The notes beneath the pieces were generated by a model, which did no database searches, was not told where the DNA came from, and was given only the letters and a program-made list of their open reading frames with translations. From Octopus vulgaris (Eukaryota), in assembly GCA_951406725.2 (NCBI GenBank), contig OX597815.1, positions 133,300,001 to 133,364,000 on the forward strand: a stretch of 64,000 bases of DNA, read 5' to 3'. Positions 63,675-64,000 of this stretch are shown piece by piece. Position 1 is the first letter of the stretch. Every line of letters begins with the position of its first letter. The position numbers and the translations under genes were made by a program.

Positions 63675-64000
63675 AACAACAAACAAGATGAGGACAAATA
63701 TCCTTTGAATGTAAATAATGTACATAATTCCTCATCTCTTAAATATAGAACTGTAGTTTGAATTATATGAATGAACCTACTTAACAAGAGGAAATATTAA
63801 TTGCTAAGGACTAATAGATATTCAATAGGAGATGTAATTTAAAACTCCTTTTCCATTTAAATTAGTATGGCATCATAAATCCATTTATTATCAATTTTAC
63901 AAACAGCCTTTTAATTGTGGTTGTTCTATTATTTGTAATTATTAGTAACCCAAATGCCTCAGGAAACAATTATTTTTTTCAAAATGCAGATAATATGACC

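Larger units (their letters stand above)
62511..63753 (+). mobile_element. 5'-truncated Penelope-like element (C-terminal GIY-YIG type) with inverted pseudo-LTR
   Basis: YRK.T.TGRYL.F.SYHP RT thumb; IPCSCGRLYKGET GIY-YIG; SGIADH...IIDREHHWKIRKLKEA; 62511-62750 is the reverse complement of ~63505-63722; TSD-like TAGTTT(A/G)AATTA at 62499-62510 and 63754-63765. Confidence 0.92.

Overview
Repeat-rich, AT-rich animal genomic DNA, most likely an octopus or another cephalopod (inferred from the SINE families, RTE LINEs and (TA)n density; not database-checked). Two host genes sit head-to-head. (1) A paraoxonase (PON-family, Ca2+-dependent six-bladed lactonase) gene lies on the minus strand. I spliced 8 coding exons by hand between 2956 and 40645 (903 nt, 301 aa, all phases consistent). 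The last exon appears to lie left of the window, and a candidate first exon lies at ~53.1 kb. (2) An NDFIP (NEDD4-family interacting protein) gene at 54372-55241 has an intronless CDS. The rest is transposon-derived: a LINE with an intact EN+RT ORF, RTE LINEs with an embedded PHD-like finger, a decayed Gypsy, Tc1/mariner/hAT/pogo relics and several tRNA-SINE families. The most interesting signal is a Penelope-like element whose pseudo-LTR joins a tRNA-like Pol III head to a minimal hammerhead ribozyme. It is accompanied by a non-coding derivative, a separate near-canonical hammerhead at ~26.0 kb, and a series of hairpin-plus-tail insertions, some with decayed hammerhead cores. SINE-internal (TA)n tracts also appear to act as landing pads for nested insertions. 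All calls were made by eye from the sequence; repeat boundaries are approximate.
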